Assembly: GCF_000143415.4 (NCBI RefSeq)
Contig: NW_003314268.1
Coordinates: 1,193,247 to 1,257,246, forward strand
Direction: 5' to 3'
Source of the DNA: Selaginella moellendorffii
Lineage: Eukaryota > Plantae > Lycopodiophyta
DNA: 64,000 nucleotides
Of the stretch, positions 1 to 12,471 are shown piece by piece. The notes below the pieces were generated by a model, which searched no databases, was not told where the DNA came from, and was given only the letters and a program-made list of their open reading frames with translations. Every line of letters starts with the position of its first letter. Position 1 is the first letter of the stretch. A program made the translations under genes and the position numbers.

Positions 1-647
1 CGGTTCCTCATCGACGAGGAAATCCCGGTGCTGTATGTGTACGAGCTGCAGCTCGAGAAGTGCGTCCAGAAGAAAGGCCTTGGAAAATTTCTCATGCAAC
101 TCCTCGAGCTGGTTGCGCGAAAGGTTCAGTTTTCCTTTTATTTTTTTGGTCCTGGTTTTTCTTACAGATTTTTTCTCGTCCTTTTTACAACTTTCAATGC
201 AGAACAACATGAAGGCAGTGCTTTTAACCGTTCAGAAGAGAAATCTTGCGGCCATGGCCTTCTATTCCAAGCTGAAGTAAGCAAAGAAGTCTCTGGTTCC
301 TCTCTCTCGAGCTTTTAATATTTTTCCCATCCCCAGGTACGTGGTCTCCAGCATCTCGCCTTCAAGAGTCGATCCACTGGTAGTACTAAAAGTCTTAAAG
401 ATCATCAAACTTTCACATATAACGTGCTGCTCTGTCCAGATTGGAGCTGAAAAGAACTACGAAATTTTGTGCAAGACGTTCGATCCAGAAGCGAAGGCAA
501 AGCTGGAGGTACGTAAAATAAAACTCGATCGATCGATCGAAAGCGCAGCGCTTTAGATGATTTGGTTCTCTCTTGGCCTAACGTTTTCTCTCTTTTTTTC
601 TGGCTCGTTCGTCGTTTGGTTTTGTCATCTTCCAGGATGCAAGCTGA
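1..647 (+). CDS. NAA40: GNAT N-alpha-acetyltransferase 40-like, 3' part (exons <1-123, 203-276, 337-379, 440-508, 636-647)
   Basis: VLYVYELQLEKCVQKKGLGKFLMQ (GNAT AcCoA motif), then MKAVLLTVQKRNLAAMAFYSKLKY..SSISPSRVDP..AEKNYEILCK; GT-AG introns join in frame to TGA at 645-647. Confidence 0.85.
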
Positions 648-1014
648 GATTCTTTTGCAGAGATTTGTAGCTATTCAAATTCAATATTCCATTTATTTTT
701 CACTTTTTTCAACTTCGGATAAAGCGAGCGCTCGACCGTACATCCAACGGCCCAGAATTGAGCTCATTGTCCGCGCGTCGATGACGTCCATCTAGCCTGC
801 TCCAATGCTGCCACGTGTCATGTGTGGAAGGTTTTGTGTTGGTGTGAGGTGACCGGGAGGAGCGTGTTGGCGCTCTAGCGCAATGCTGCCCCTCCTCTCT
901 CTCGCGCGATCGCTCGATCACAGCGGAGAAGCTCCTCCCCGATCGCAGGTAAGTCTCTCGCCGCGACTCTAGGGTTTACAAATGCGCCAAATGCGGCGGC
1001 GTCGGCAGTGATCG

Positions 1015-2634
1015 ATGAGGAAGGACCGCGTGCGCAGGATCGTCGCTCTTGTGATCGTCCTCAATCTCATCCAGCTCGGGTATTTCTTCCTCCACCGATC
1101 GATCGAGCAGCAAAATCCAGACAGGGATGAGCAGCTGCCGCCCAAGGCCAGGGTCCATTCCTACGTCGTCAAGAAATGGTCGCTGGTGGAATCCTACTCT
1201 CCATGGCTGCCGGCTGATCGAAGCTCCTCGCATTCCTGCGAGGCCTTTTTCGGGAATGGATTCTCGGATTTGCGGAGAGTGGTGGATCATTCCGGGAGCT
1301 ATGGAGGCTCGTTTCGCTGCTACCATAGCGACGCTCTCAAGACCTCGGTCTGCGAGGGGACCAAGATGGTGATGCATGCATCGAGAATCTCCATGACCGC
1401 TGGAGGGGAGGAGATCGATGCGGTGATTGGAAGGGAGGAGCAGGAGGAGCTGCCAGTGTTCCAGGTGGGAGCTTTCGAGCTCCAAGTCCCGGACGAGGCG
1501 GATGGAAAGGCTTTGGTGGAGGGTGGTCGGCTGGACGAGGTGATCGCGAGAGGTCACGGTGGCAATCGCCATGGCTTGCGCTCCTTGGTGGAATCCATCC
1601 GGACGGTTTCTTCCAAGAGCTCGCGCTGCTCCGAGGTAAGTTTTTCCATTTGTTCTTCTCTCGTCAACTTGTTGGGCTTTTGTTCTTCGTTTTTCCATTG
1701 TAGGTGATCACCAAGCCAACGCTGTTCGTCACGAGGTTCGAGTACGCCAATCTCTTCCACACCGTCACCGATTGGTATAGCTCCTACGCGAGCTCTCGCG
1801 TCGTTGGGCTGGAGGAGCGGCCGATGGTGGTGTTCTTGGATGGGCACTGCAAGGTAAAACGCGATCAACTCTTTCTGTCGCAGCTATGACAGGTTTTTTT
1901 CCTCTTTTCTTCCACAGTCTCCCATGGACGATGGCTGGGAAGCGTTCTTCAGCGGTGTCAAATACGCCAAGCACTTTGGCGACAACGTTTGCTTCGACCG
2001 CGCCGTATTCGTGCCTCTGGGTTACGAGACAGCTCTCTTCAAGTTCCTGGGGACCGGCCTGGCCTGCACCGGCAGCTCGCCAGCAGAAGTGGACGCCTCC
2101 AAAACAGCAAGGCTCCGAGAGTTCGGCGAGATCTTCTCAGCAGCGTTGTCGGGCAGCAATTCCACCGAAGAGAATCGCTCCGACGTGATACAGGTCCTAC
2201 TCATCCGGCGAGAAGACTACTTGGCTCATCCCCGGCACTCCGGAAAGCCGGAGTCGAGGCTGGCAAACGAAGAGGAGCTGTACAAGGCGATGGTGGACTG
2301 GGCCAGCAAAAGAAACAGCGTTGCCGGAGCTCGCAGGAAGATCACGGTCTTCAACGGGCTGTTTGCTCACATGAGACTGGCCGAGCAGATCAAAGCGGTG
2401 AAGTCTTCGTCGATAATCGTGGGAGTTCATGGAGCTGGGCTTACGCACATCGTGTTTGCGAGGCCGGGGACGTCGGTGGTGGAGATGCTGAGCCCGTTGT
2501 TTATGCGGCCACACTACATGTTTATCTCGCAGTGGATGGGTTTGGATTACCACTCCATTGTCATGGACGACGCCACCGTGGATTGTAACCAGGTGCTTCG
2601 CCACCTTGATAAGGTCATGGCAAAACTTACGTGA
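1015..2634 (+). CDS. XYLT: Beta-(1,2)-xylosyltransferase, GT61 family (exons 1015-1635, 1704-1853, 1918-2634)
   Basis: N-terminal TM anchor; TRFEYANLFHTVTDWYS, VFLDGHC, RREDYLAHPRHSGK..SRLANEEE and GVHGAGLTH match the plant N-glycan XYLT motifs; two phase-0 GT-AG introns. Confidence 0.9.
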
Positions 2635-2699
2635 AAAAAAGATTTGTATGCTTCATGGTTTTATTGGTGCTTTGATACTTCTACAGGAGATACTATTGC

Positions 2700-3137
2700 C
2701 TATGGAAAATACCTTTTCTTGTCTTCTTCCTTCTGTTCATGATCCATGGAGTGCTTGTCCTCCTCCTCCTCCTTGTGATTACCATCCATAGACTTTTGCT
2801 CTTCTTCCTCCTTGTGCTCATGATCCATGAATTTCTTGTCATCCTCCTTCTTGTGATCACCATCCATAGACTTGTTCTTGCAGAAGATATTGATGTTAAT
2901 GTTGATGTTGTTGTTATTGTTGTTGCTGTCCCCTCTGTGCTTGCCTCCCTCCCAATCATCCATATCTGATGAAAGATTCACAAGTGAAGAATTGGATGCT
3001 GGCTCTGCTACTACTGAAACCCCATAAATCTCAGCTTCGTCCAAGAGCTCCCTGGAACTACTTGAAGAAGGAGAAGAAGACAATGCAATCTGAAAAGTGG
3101 AAATTGCAAACACAAGAAACACCAAAACAGCCTTCAT
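2700..3137 (-). CDS. Small secreted acidic/His-rich repeat protein (145 aa, intronless)
   Basis: Signal peptide MKAVLVFLVFAISTFQIALS, RELL motif, poly-N tract, four ~15-aa (S/F)MD..(H/Q)K.E repeats. Confidence 0.7.
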   Translation of the reverse strand: MKAVLVFLVFAISTFQIALSSSPSSSSSRELLDEAEIYGVSVVAEPASNSSLVNLSSDMDDWEGGKHRGDSNNNNNNINININIFCKNKSMDGDHKKEDDKKFMDHEHKEEEEQKSMDGNHKEEEEDKHSMDHEQKEEDKKRYFP

Positions 3138-3656
3138 GGTGAGCTTGATTGGTGATTAAGCTTTGCTGCCTTATATGTATCTAAAGTATGCATGTTAGCA
3201 ATTGCCATGTGGTCTACTTCTCCATGCAATGCAATTATTCTATAGTAAAAGCTTCTCTCAACCTCTTACTATTGAAATTGACCGCTTCCATCGCGGGAGA
3301 TTTGCATCGCCACCCTAACCCTAAATCAGGTATGGCGGGCAAATGATATTATTGGTCTGTGGAAAATGCTTTTTCTTGTGTTGTTCCTGTGCAGCAGACA
3401 TGATTGTTGCTCCTTGTGCCTCCTTCCCCCCTAATCCTCTGAAAGATTCACAAGATGCTATTCCTTTTTCTCTATTGATCCAATCGATCGATTGAAGGTT
3501 CTTCTTCTTCTTCTTTTCTTGGGAGCTCTTGGAAATTCTTGATGGCTTCGCACACCCAGATATATGTTTCAACTAGGGACATAAAACATTTGCAAGCTCC
3601 AAAAGAACAAGGACCACTTTTGCTTTTTCCTCCAGCTTAGGGATTGGGCTTGGGGC

Positions 3657-5826
3657 ATGGAGCGGTTCAGGCGCTATGACGAGCGGGGATTCATCGGATC
3701 TCGAGTGGGCTCGAAGCGTAAGAGATCGCCCGGGAACATTTCACTTGAAGGTGCCAAAGCTGCGATTGAGGATCTTTTGAAGCTTAATGAAGTTGATCTC
3801 ATGGATCCGAGCAAATCGACAGCCCTGCCGTATCCCGGTGTAGGTCGTGTGTATTCGTGTACGAGGCCGGAAGTAATTCTCGACTTCGTGGGTAGAAGGA
3901 CTGTACGAGAGCTCCACCTCCGGTGGTACAGCTCTGATCATGACTACGTGATCTATGGGCCCAAGGGCGTTGGGAAGTCGTCCGACTTCAGAGCGCTCTT
4001 CTGCATACTCTTCGGCAAAGTTGGCGTCGACAACAAGGTGGCGGCTGGATTAATGCCGACAACAAAGAACGTGAAGAAGCGGCTAGTTTACCTTGTGATC
4101 AGTGAAACTGAAGCCATGAGAAACGGTTTGTTGTTTTCATTTCTGGCGGAGGACCCAGACACCGTGATATCTGCCATTCGAAAGCTTTCTTCTGTGGAAA
4201 ATGTTATTGATTTCGTGGAGGCTCGTAAGCAGCAGGAGGAGTTCTACTTCTTCGTGGATGGTGGCGAGAAACTGGAGCCTTTGGACATTTTTCGGGAACC
4301 GGCCTGTGACTCCGGGCCGAAGAGCAACATTTCTCACAATTTGTACCGCCTGTTGCGTACTGGGAAGAGGGTATGGTGTTGCATATCTCACATTGTGCAT
4401 GACCCTCTATTCTCTATTGTTCCACATCTTGAGTCGTTTGCTTATGCACAGAGCGGCTTCAGCTGGGTAAGCTTTTGATACTCTAATATTCTTGTCCATC
4501 TAACTGATAACGTCGTCACAAATCCTATGACAGGTTGAGTATATGACATACGCATCCAGGTGTGTCCTTGGAAAGCTTCAGTATCGGTTGGAAAGCATCG
4601 AATACCACACTGGGCTCGTACCCCTTTTTCTGGAGGTACTATGTGAGTGCTGTGAGCAATTCACGTTGGAATTGCTCGACTCGGAGATCATAAGTGGTGC
4701 CAGCCTCCGGGAAACTATCGTCTTAACAGCATGCTTGGAACCAAGTGAAGAACAGATGGTGGAGCTGCTTAGTGAGGATGACAACTGGGACCAAGTTCTC
4801 CTGAGGTTTGCCCAGCACCGTGAGATTTCAGGGGTTCGCAGGATCGCGGAAGCTATTCGGCTTGAAGGCGAATGCCGTGATGCTGCCATGGACTGTCTCG
4901 ACTCATCTTACGTGCTGGACCCTGAGAATGGAGTCTACTGCTCCACCTTTATCAAGAGAATCTACACGAGGGTGGTCCGTGCCAAGGAAGAGAAAATTAA
5001 GCCTTACCGCGATGGAGCTTGGATGGAGTATGTGAGACGGCTTTTAGAATGTGAAAATGAGGAGATCAATTGGTCAGAATTTGGCTGGCTGTGCGAGGAC
5101 CTGGCAAATGTAATTCAAAAGAAGGGGCTCGTGCTCGGCGAACTGAAAATCTCCGGGAACATCACCGTGGTGGACTTCAACATTGTTCCTTCCCGCCATG
5201 TTGAGACCATGTTGAAGATCACCCCCAACAATGGTTATTTCTACAAGCCGTCAGACGTGCGTTTTCCTTTCGTTGATGCGGTGGTGGCCTGGGTGGACAA
5301 GAACTCCCGTCTTCACATTGTGGCTCTCCAGTACACTGTCAATATCGACGAACACATCAAGTCCTGTTGGCAGTTTATGAGCTTGGAGTATCTGCGCACC
5401 TGGTTTCCAGATATTGATAAGTTTGTAACCGCAGACAACGTTAAACTCCACTTCTTGTTTATGGGGTGTTCCTCCAAGCCCGAGGACTGTGTAGGGATGC
5501 AGAAGGCAGTGTCGAGGAGCATGTACAAAACACCTGCATTCCAGCTGCACATTCAGCCGTTCAATGACAGATTTCTACCAGGCTTGAATGCGAAAGACTA
5601 CAAGCTACTTCATGAGATTACAAGTAAACGGTTCTGGAAAACAAGCTACACTGATGTCTGCAATGATGGTTTGGGACTTCTGGCTTTGCATAGAGTTGAG
5701 CCAGAGAAAATGGCCAAGGAGAAGTTTGGAATGGAAGACACGGGCAGAAAAGCATTCAAGACCAAAGGGATGTTGATAAATAAAATGGTGGCATTGGATA
5801 AGGAACGAAAGGAAGAACTGATGTAA
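3657..5826 (+). CDS. Crinkler/RHS-type (CR) P-loop NTPase + PD-(D/E)xK restriction-endonuclease-fold protein, ~700 aa (exons 3657-4466, 4534-5826)
   Basis: Walker A VIYGPKGVGKS and Walker B FYFFVDGGE; C-terminal FYKPSDVRFPFVDAVV...IVALQYTV resembles the CR-REase signature; a phase-0 intron at 4467-4533 fuses the two ORFs. Confidence 0.72.
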
Positions 5827-5918
5827 ACAAATACATGCTAGTATTAATATTGTTTTGGTACTTCACAAATTAAGGTTTTATGTGAACTATGTTTTATACA
5901 TATATACATATATACATA

Positions 5919-8900
5919 TGTAAGGTCCAAGTGTACAATTACAATGTTATATACTAATATTAGTGTAATGGGATTTTGGTAGCCATTGGATTAATTTCAA
6001 TTGGAACTAAGGGAATACAGAAAATGTACATATCAATTAGCCTAAAAACTCTAGCTTATATATTTCATATTCCATGCACTCACATTGGTGGAGATAAGGG
6101 GTACCAAAGAGTGTTTTGATTTGGGATTTTAGTTTAGATTTAATTTTTGGATTATCTAGATCTTAATTTTTTCCATTTCCTTTTTTTAGTTCTTTCCTTT
6201 TAGGATTTTGGTTTAGATCTAGCTTTTTGCGTTATTTAAATCCTCTTTTCCTTCTAGTTTTTTTAAAAAAATTTTATTTCTCTTCTTTTGCTCTTTCCTT
6301 TTCATTCATTTTCATAGCAGATCAGTAGTCTCTTCCTCCTTTAACTCTGGAGCAGCAGTTAGTGCAATTGCTTGATGCTATACGATTGCAATTGAACAAC
6401 CAAACTCAATTAATGGTGGCATTCACGACACGTGGTATAGCTTTTCTTGCTCTTAGTGCCAATCTTTGTGTTCAGCCAGAGTTCTTTTGTGGGAATCCTA
6501 AGGATGATGTGTACTATTGGTTCAATCACTTCACGGTGATTGCTATATATCATTCTTGGGATGATGCTCAACGTGTGTATGAATTTCCCACGTGTCTTTA
6601 ACGGACGTGTTGTAGTGGTACAATGGTTTGAGCACCCACTTGTGGGGATTGGAATGTTCTCCCAAACGTCTTCAAACACACATTCAGACATGTTGACGAT
6701 TGTGATAATACCTCCTAACAATTGCATTGTATTCGTCAAAGGCAATTTGGCATTCGTTTCCAAAGCCTCTTGCTTCATGCAGAACCAAATATATCAGAGC
6801 AGATCAAGCTAAGAATGTTGTGGCCAACACTTCGTCAAGATTTTGTTGGACTCGTGCATGCATTTGTTCCAGCCACCCTTAACAATGCTCTTCGCTTGGC
6901 ACATCATTATGAGACGTCACTTCTTCCACTTCTCGCTATACATCCTTCAACTCCATTTCTTGTGGGTGATAATCCTATTCCAATGGAGGTTGATGCTACT
7001 GCTGCTTGAGTCCAAGGACAAGGGCAAGGACATGGTCATGGCCGTGATATTTGTTGCTAAGCATGTGATGAAGTTGGTCACACTTATCAATGTTGGCGTT
7101 TTCCAGATTGGTAGCCACCATTTCCTAGGTGGAGACCTTGGCATCAACAACGTCCTGTTGGTGCTGTTGCAGCGGAAGGTCTAGACACCGAGATGCATTT
7201 GGGAAAGGAGGAGTCATGCGAGTAACGAAGGGATCTTGCGCGAATAAGTTAGTAACCCCTCCATCTTTCTTTCGAGAGTATTATCAAGGGGTTCACTCAA
7301 CACTAGTTCATCTAGTGTTTACTTTCCAAGCTCGTTTTTATAACAACCAATTTCCTATTATTCTCTCCGTGTTAGTTGATACAGGTTCGAGTTTATCTTC
7401 TATTGCTCGATTTGTTGCCACACATTACCATCTACACTTGCATCGTGCAATGGAGCTAGTTTTCATTCTTTATGGCAATAGTTGCACACATGCATGTGCA
7501 CGGGATGAGGCGGACCTAGTTGTGTATGTGGGCAATCTCAAGCTTGGGTTGCAGTCATTGTGGGTGGTGCCGAGTCAAGGTTTTGACCTCATCCTTGGTA
7601 TGGATTGGTTGCAACACAATCATGCCAAGTGTGACTTTAAAGCTTCTCCCCCTTGTCTCATACTTCCTTATATTTCATCCATTCCTTTCACTTCTCTACT
7701 TTTTCGTCCCTCTGCTTTTACCTCTGCTTCCATTACTTTTATCTCCCCATTTACTTCCTTTTATATTTCTGTCTTGTTCCGCTTTTCCCTTTTTCGATCC
7801 CTCTGACAGTTTTTGTGTTGCAAGGGTTGTCCAACTCATGAAAGAGTATTTCGATCTCTTTGAATTTGACCTATCATCTGGGGCTATATGTCATTTGATT
7901 CCAACTGGGGATGCTTGTCCAATTAAGGTTCATGTTTGTCGTCGGTCACCTAAAAAGATCAAGATTTTATGTGCAAACATCAAGGAGATGTTGGAGAAGG
8001 GTGTTATTCAGAAGTTGTGGAGTCCTTGGGCATGTAAACCTCATCTTATGACAAAGTCTAATAGGAATATTTGTTTTTGCATTGACTATCATTTGTTAAA
8101 CAAAATGACAATCCCAGATGTGTACCCTCTTCTTCACATTGTTGATCTTTTGGATCATTTAAGGAGAAGTTGTTAGTTCACCAAATTAAATCTTGCTTCT
8201 AGGCATTGGCAAGTACTGATGGCTAAGAAAGATATTCCTAAGACTACTTTTTTTACACCGTTTGGTTTGTACGAGTTCTTGGTGATGCCATTTGGTTTGA
8301 ATAATGCTCTAGCAACTTTTCAATAAATGATAGACGAGGTTCTTTGCAATTTGCTGGAGGTGACTGCTGACTTCATTGATGATATCTTGATCCACTCGGA
8401 GGGGATGTGGGAAGAGCATGTCCATGATGTTTGTAAAGTGTAGGATCGGCTATGGGACATTGGTTTATAGTTGAAGCGGTTGAAGTGCATGTTTGGATCC
8501 AAAGGCACAACTTATCTTGGGTACCATATTTCTTATGAAGGTTTGCAAGTTGATCCTGACAAACTTATGGCTGTTCTAAAGTTCCTTACTTCGAAGTGTG
8601 TAAATGATGTGTAGTGCTTCTTGGGCAAGGTGTAGTATCTTAGTCGTTTTGTGGATCATCTTTCTAATCGCACTGCACCGTTGCGTGTTGTTGAAGTCAT
8701 CAACATCATCTTTCATCTGGTCTCCAAATTGTGAGAGGGCGTTCATGGATCTCAAAGTGCTATTGATGACTCTTTCAATGTTGGCATATCCTGACTACAC
8801 TCGACCTTTCATTTTGCATGTGGATGCTTTTGATATTGGTCTCGAGTTGATGCAAGAGAGTCCGAGTGTGCCTAGTCAGTGTTATCCTATTACGTATATA

Positions 8901-10853
8901 AATTGTACATTACAACTAGCGGAGGTGAATTACTCCATGACAGAAGAGTGTTTAGCAACAATTTTGGGTTTCGAGAAACTTCATACATTTTTACATGGTT
9001 TTCGGACATTACTAGAAAGTGATCATGTTGCTGTTATTTCATTATTGAAGTGAAAAAATCTAGTTGGTCGTACTACTTAGTGAGTTTTGAAGCTTTAAAT
9101 ATATGATTTTGGTGTTGTTTATCACTCAAGGAGTTTTATGGCTTATGCTAATGCCCTTTCTTAAGTTCCTCTCCCTTCTTCACTCTTTTCCCATGTTTCT
9201 GAAGAGCCTGTTGTTCTAACATTTGTGGATTTTCTAAATGAGGATTCTATGCCATTGGCAGTTGTTGTACTTGACATTCAGTGTTCATAAGATGCAAAGC
9301 AAGATTTACCTTCTTTTGATGAAGTTTGCAAGGCTCAAAAGATTGAGCCATAGATTCAAAGGCTTTGAGATGGATTTGAGAATTCTGCATCACTTGCTGA
9401 TGACTTGCCATTCTGGCATTTACATTCTCAATATCACCTTGAAGACGACTTTCTTTATTTTGTGAGGACGGATTCTGATGATCATTTATGACTGGTGGTG
9501 CCTTCTTATCTTTATTCCACAGTTTCTCCATACCTACCATGATTCTCTTATTCTAGGTGGGCATATGGGACATCATCGTGTGACCAAGAAGCTATGTAGG
9601 TCTTTTTATTGGCCCAAAATGTGACGTGATATTATCCAGTATGTGTGTAATTGCGTTTGGTGCCAAGCTCGTAATACTCCCCCTTATGCCGCAAAAGGAT
9701 GGTTGGAGTCAATTAGAATTTCCCGTTCGTTTGAGTTGGTGGTGTTTGATCATGGGACCTTTTCCACGATCGACTGCTGGCAATGAATATGTTATTATTG
9801 TTTTTGACTATTTGACTTGTTAGGTGGAAGTTGGTGTTCTTGCTACTGCCTTTACAACTACTATTGGATACTTCCTCCTCAATTGAGTTGTGTTCTAGCA
9901 TTCTTGTCAAGAGCAAATTCTTTCAGATAATGGTCCCGCATTTATGGTTGACGTATTTCATGTTTTGAAGTCTCGATTGGGGATATGCCACACTTTCACA
10001 AGTGTTTTTTATCCACAGTCAAATGGTTTGGTGGAACAACTCGTTCGGACATTCAAAGGAATGATTGCGAAGTATATGAACTTTCAACATTCAGATTGGG
10101 ATGGTTATTTGCCATTTTTTTTGTATGCATATGTCACAAAGGTGCAGAGTTCTATTGGTACCTTACTATATAAACTCTTATATGGTCATATCCAATATTA
10201 CCAATGGAGTCGGGTTTACTTTTGCAATTGCCACAAGCTGCTAATGCTAAGTTGTGGGAACAGTATTTAATGAGCATTTTTCCACTTGTCCTAGCAGAGT
10301 CTGCCAAACACCTGGGCCACATACAAGTGGGACAACAATGGTCTACAACTCCCATCATCGTCCATCTATGAAGTACAAAGTGAATGACTTGGTGTTAGTC
10401 TGTTTTCCCCATCTTACAATATATGGTTTATCTAAGGGGCTCCATGTTTAGTGGAAAGGACTGTGTGGTAAATTAGACTGCAGATTTATGAGGTTTGACA
10501 TGCCATCCAATAGGCTAATCCTCCAGAAATTGTGCATGTGCAACAGTTGAAATGCTTCATACAAAGGAATTAGAAACAACTAATACCGTCTACAAATTCA
10601 CCAATGCCTACTTCTGATGTTCCTCCAAATCCTGGCCCATCTATAAGAGAACCCTAATGGTCTTCCATCATTCCAAGAAAAGGGGATGATGTGAGGTCCA
10701 AATATACAGTTAAGATGCCATATACTAATATTAGTGTAATGGGATTTTAGTAGCCGTCAAATTGGTTTCAATCCGGACCACTCGCTTTTATATATAAACT
10801 AGGGTTTTTGGGCTAATTGATATGCACATCTTTCCATATTTTATACACTCACA
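5919..10853 (+). mobile_element. Degenerate full-length Ty3/gypsy LTR retrotransposon (element D) with ~165-bp LTRs
   Basis: LTRs TG..CA at 5919-6084 and 10690-10853; PBS tggtggagataagggg; PPT aagaaaagggga; gag, protease (VDTGSS), RT (CIDYHLLNK, FIDDILIHS), RNaseH and integrase remnants in gypsy order with many stops. Confidence 0.92.
6086..6105 (+). other. Primer-binding site of element D, tRNA-Ala-like
   Basis: TGGTGGAGATAAGGGGTACC lies 1 nt after the LTR and resembles the complement of the plant tRNA-Ala 3' end. Confidence 0.6.
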
Positions 10854-11689
10854 AATATAAATAAATAAATAAATAAACACCAATTAATATGTTAGCAATC
10901 ATCTCTACCTTTGCCTCAATGCTATTGCTTGAGGCTTAACCATTTGCGGCCACAAGAGGCTCTAAGTGCTGCAATCAAGGCATGCAACCAACTAGGCTCT
11001 GAGACATCTTGGCCTTCTTCCATTGCTTCCAAGAACTATACATTGCTATTGAGTGAGTTCATGCCATATAATTTAGGTTGAGCTGTCCACCCAAATGTCT
11101 GCAGACTTAACTCTTGGACATGATAATCAGCTGGAGGAGATGATTGTAACCTCATTAGGCATCTCTACCATCGCTATCTAGACTGGAATGATTTGTTTAG
11201 AGTGATTTCAGTAGTTTGCTCTTTGGGAATAAAATAAGAGATCTTTTAATTGTTAAAGGATTTCATGACAACAATCTTTATCTGTCAGTGCCTGTGCCAA
11301 CTTGGTACATCAAAGGAGAAGCTATACCTTTGTTGTTTTCATGTATAGTAACTTCTGGGCTACACCTTTATCCAATAGACTCATTGAACTAGAATTGTAG
11401 ATTGCTGGAACAAGGCTAGCAATAAAAAATGATAGTGACTTTAGCACTGCTTCATAACTGAGATTGAGTATTGTTAGTTTCACAGCAGAAAAACAAGTAG
11501 TATGACTTCAACTTCAAGGTATGATCTTCAACGTTTACAAATCGTTTTCCTTATTGCTTAGATGACAAAACAATGATGGTAGTACATCAGACTAGCTAAT
11601 GTTCAAAAGAAAATGTTAGATGGTATATATAGTGGTTTTTTCATCACTAGAAAGTGGTTTTTTAAACTCTGAACTCCTGTTGGGTAATT

Positions 11690-12040
11690 TCTAGTTCTAA
11701 AATGTTGATGGAGGAGGTCATGGCTCATCTGATCCAGCAGCAATACAGTGAAGCCTTTAAGGAATTTCCAACCTCTGTCCCCATCCTCCAGAATCAGCTG
11801 TGGCAATAAGTTTTTGAGTTTTTTGCTCGATGACACATTCTGGAAATCTAGCAAATTCCACATCGTGTATGCTGAAGCTCTGGCCGCAAGTAACCTGGAA
11901 AAGAAGCCGGGGCAGACCAGCTCACTGCCTTACACTGCTGGAACTCCAAGCCATTATGAAGTAGTGAGCTATTGGGAATGTGTGGGCTCACATAGAAGTT
12001 GGAATTCCTACAGGAGGACCTTTGCTAGGTCCATGAGCTG
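11690..12040 (+). repeat. Diverged composite repeat (unknown gene fragment + antisense MSH2 fragment), downstream of CYP copy 1
   Basis: FWKSSKFH..YAEAL peptide remnant plus ggaattcctacaggaggac...ccatgagctga, both shared with 14080-14450. Confidence 0.7.
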
Positions 12041-12471
12041 ATTGTTTGGTGGATACATTATACAATGAGCCAATTTCATGTCCTGTCTCTAATCCAACTA
12101 ATATGCTGTGATATGCAATCCTCCACTGTGTAAGTAGTTTAGAGTCATTATACTACATGAAGTTTATAGTGTTGACATTAAGCTTCTAGCCATAGCTAAA
12201 TTTGAGACATTAGGTGAGATTTCAGACACTATTTATGGTCTGGAAAATGTGAAGAGCTTGGCACATCTTGCTAACTTTAAAAGTTTCCAGGCTTTCGACT
12301 TTTTCCTGAACAAGAGGATTTGCTAGTCCAGTTGCATTTGCCCAAGATCGTGAGACAAACGTTAAATGTTATCTAGCCTGTAAGTACTACATGATTAAAT
12401 TTTGGTTTGAAGATTGTATGAGACTAATTGATTCTATGATCTTGAGTTATATAATATATTATCAAATGATC

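Noticed and set aside
5914-10858. TSD for element D
   Set aside because: Flanks ACATA and AATAT do not match and lie in AT microsatellite-like sequence
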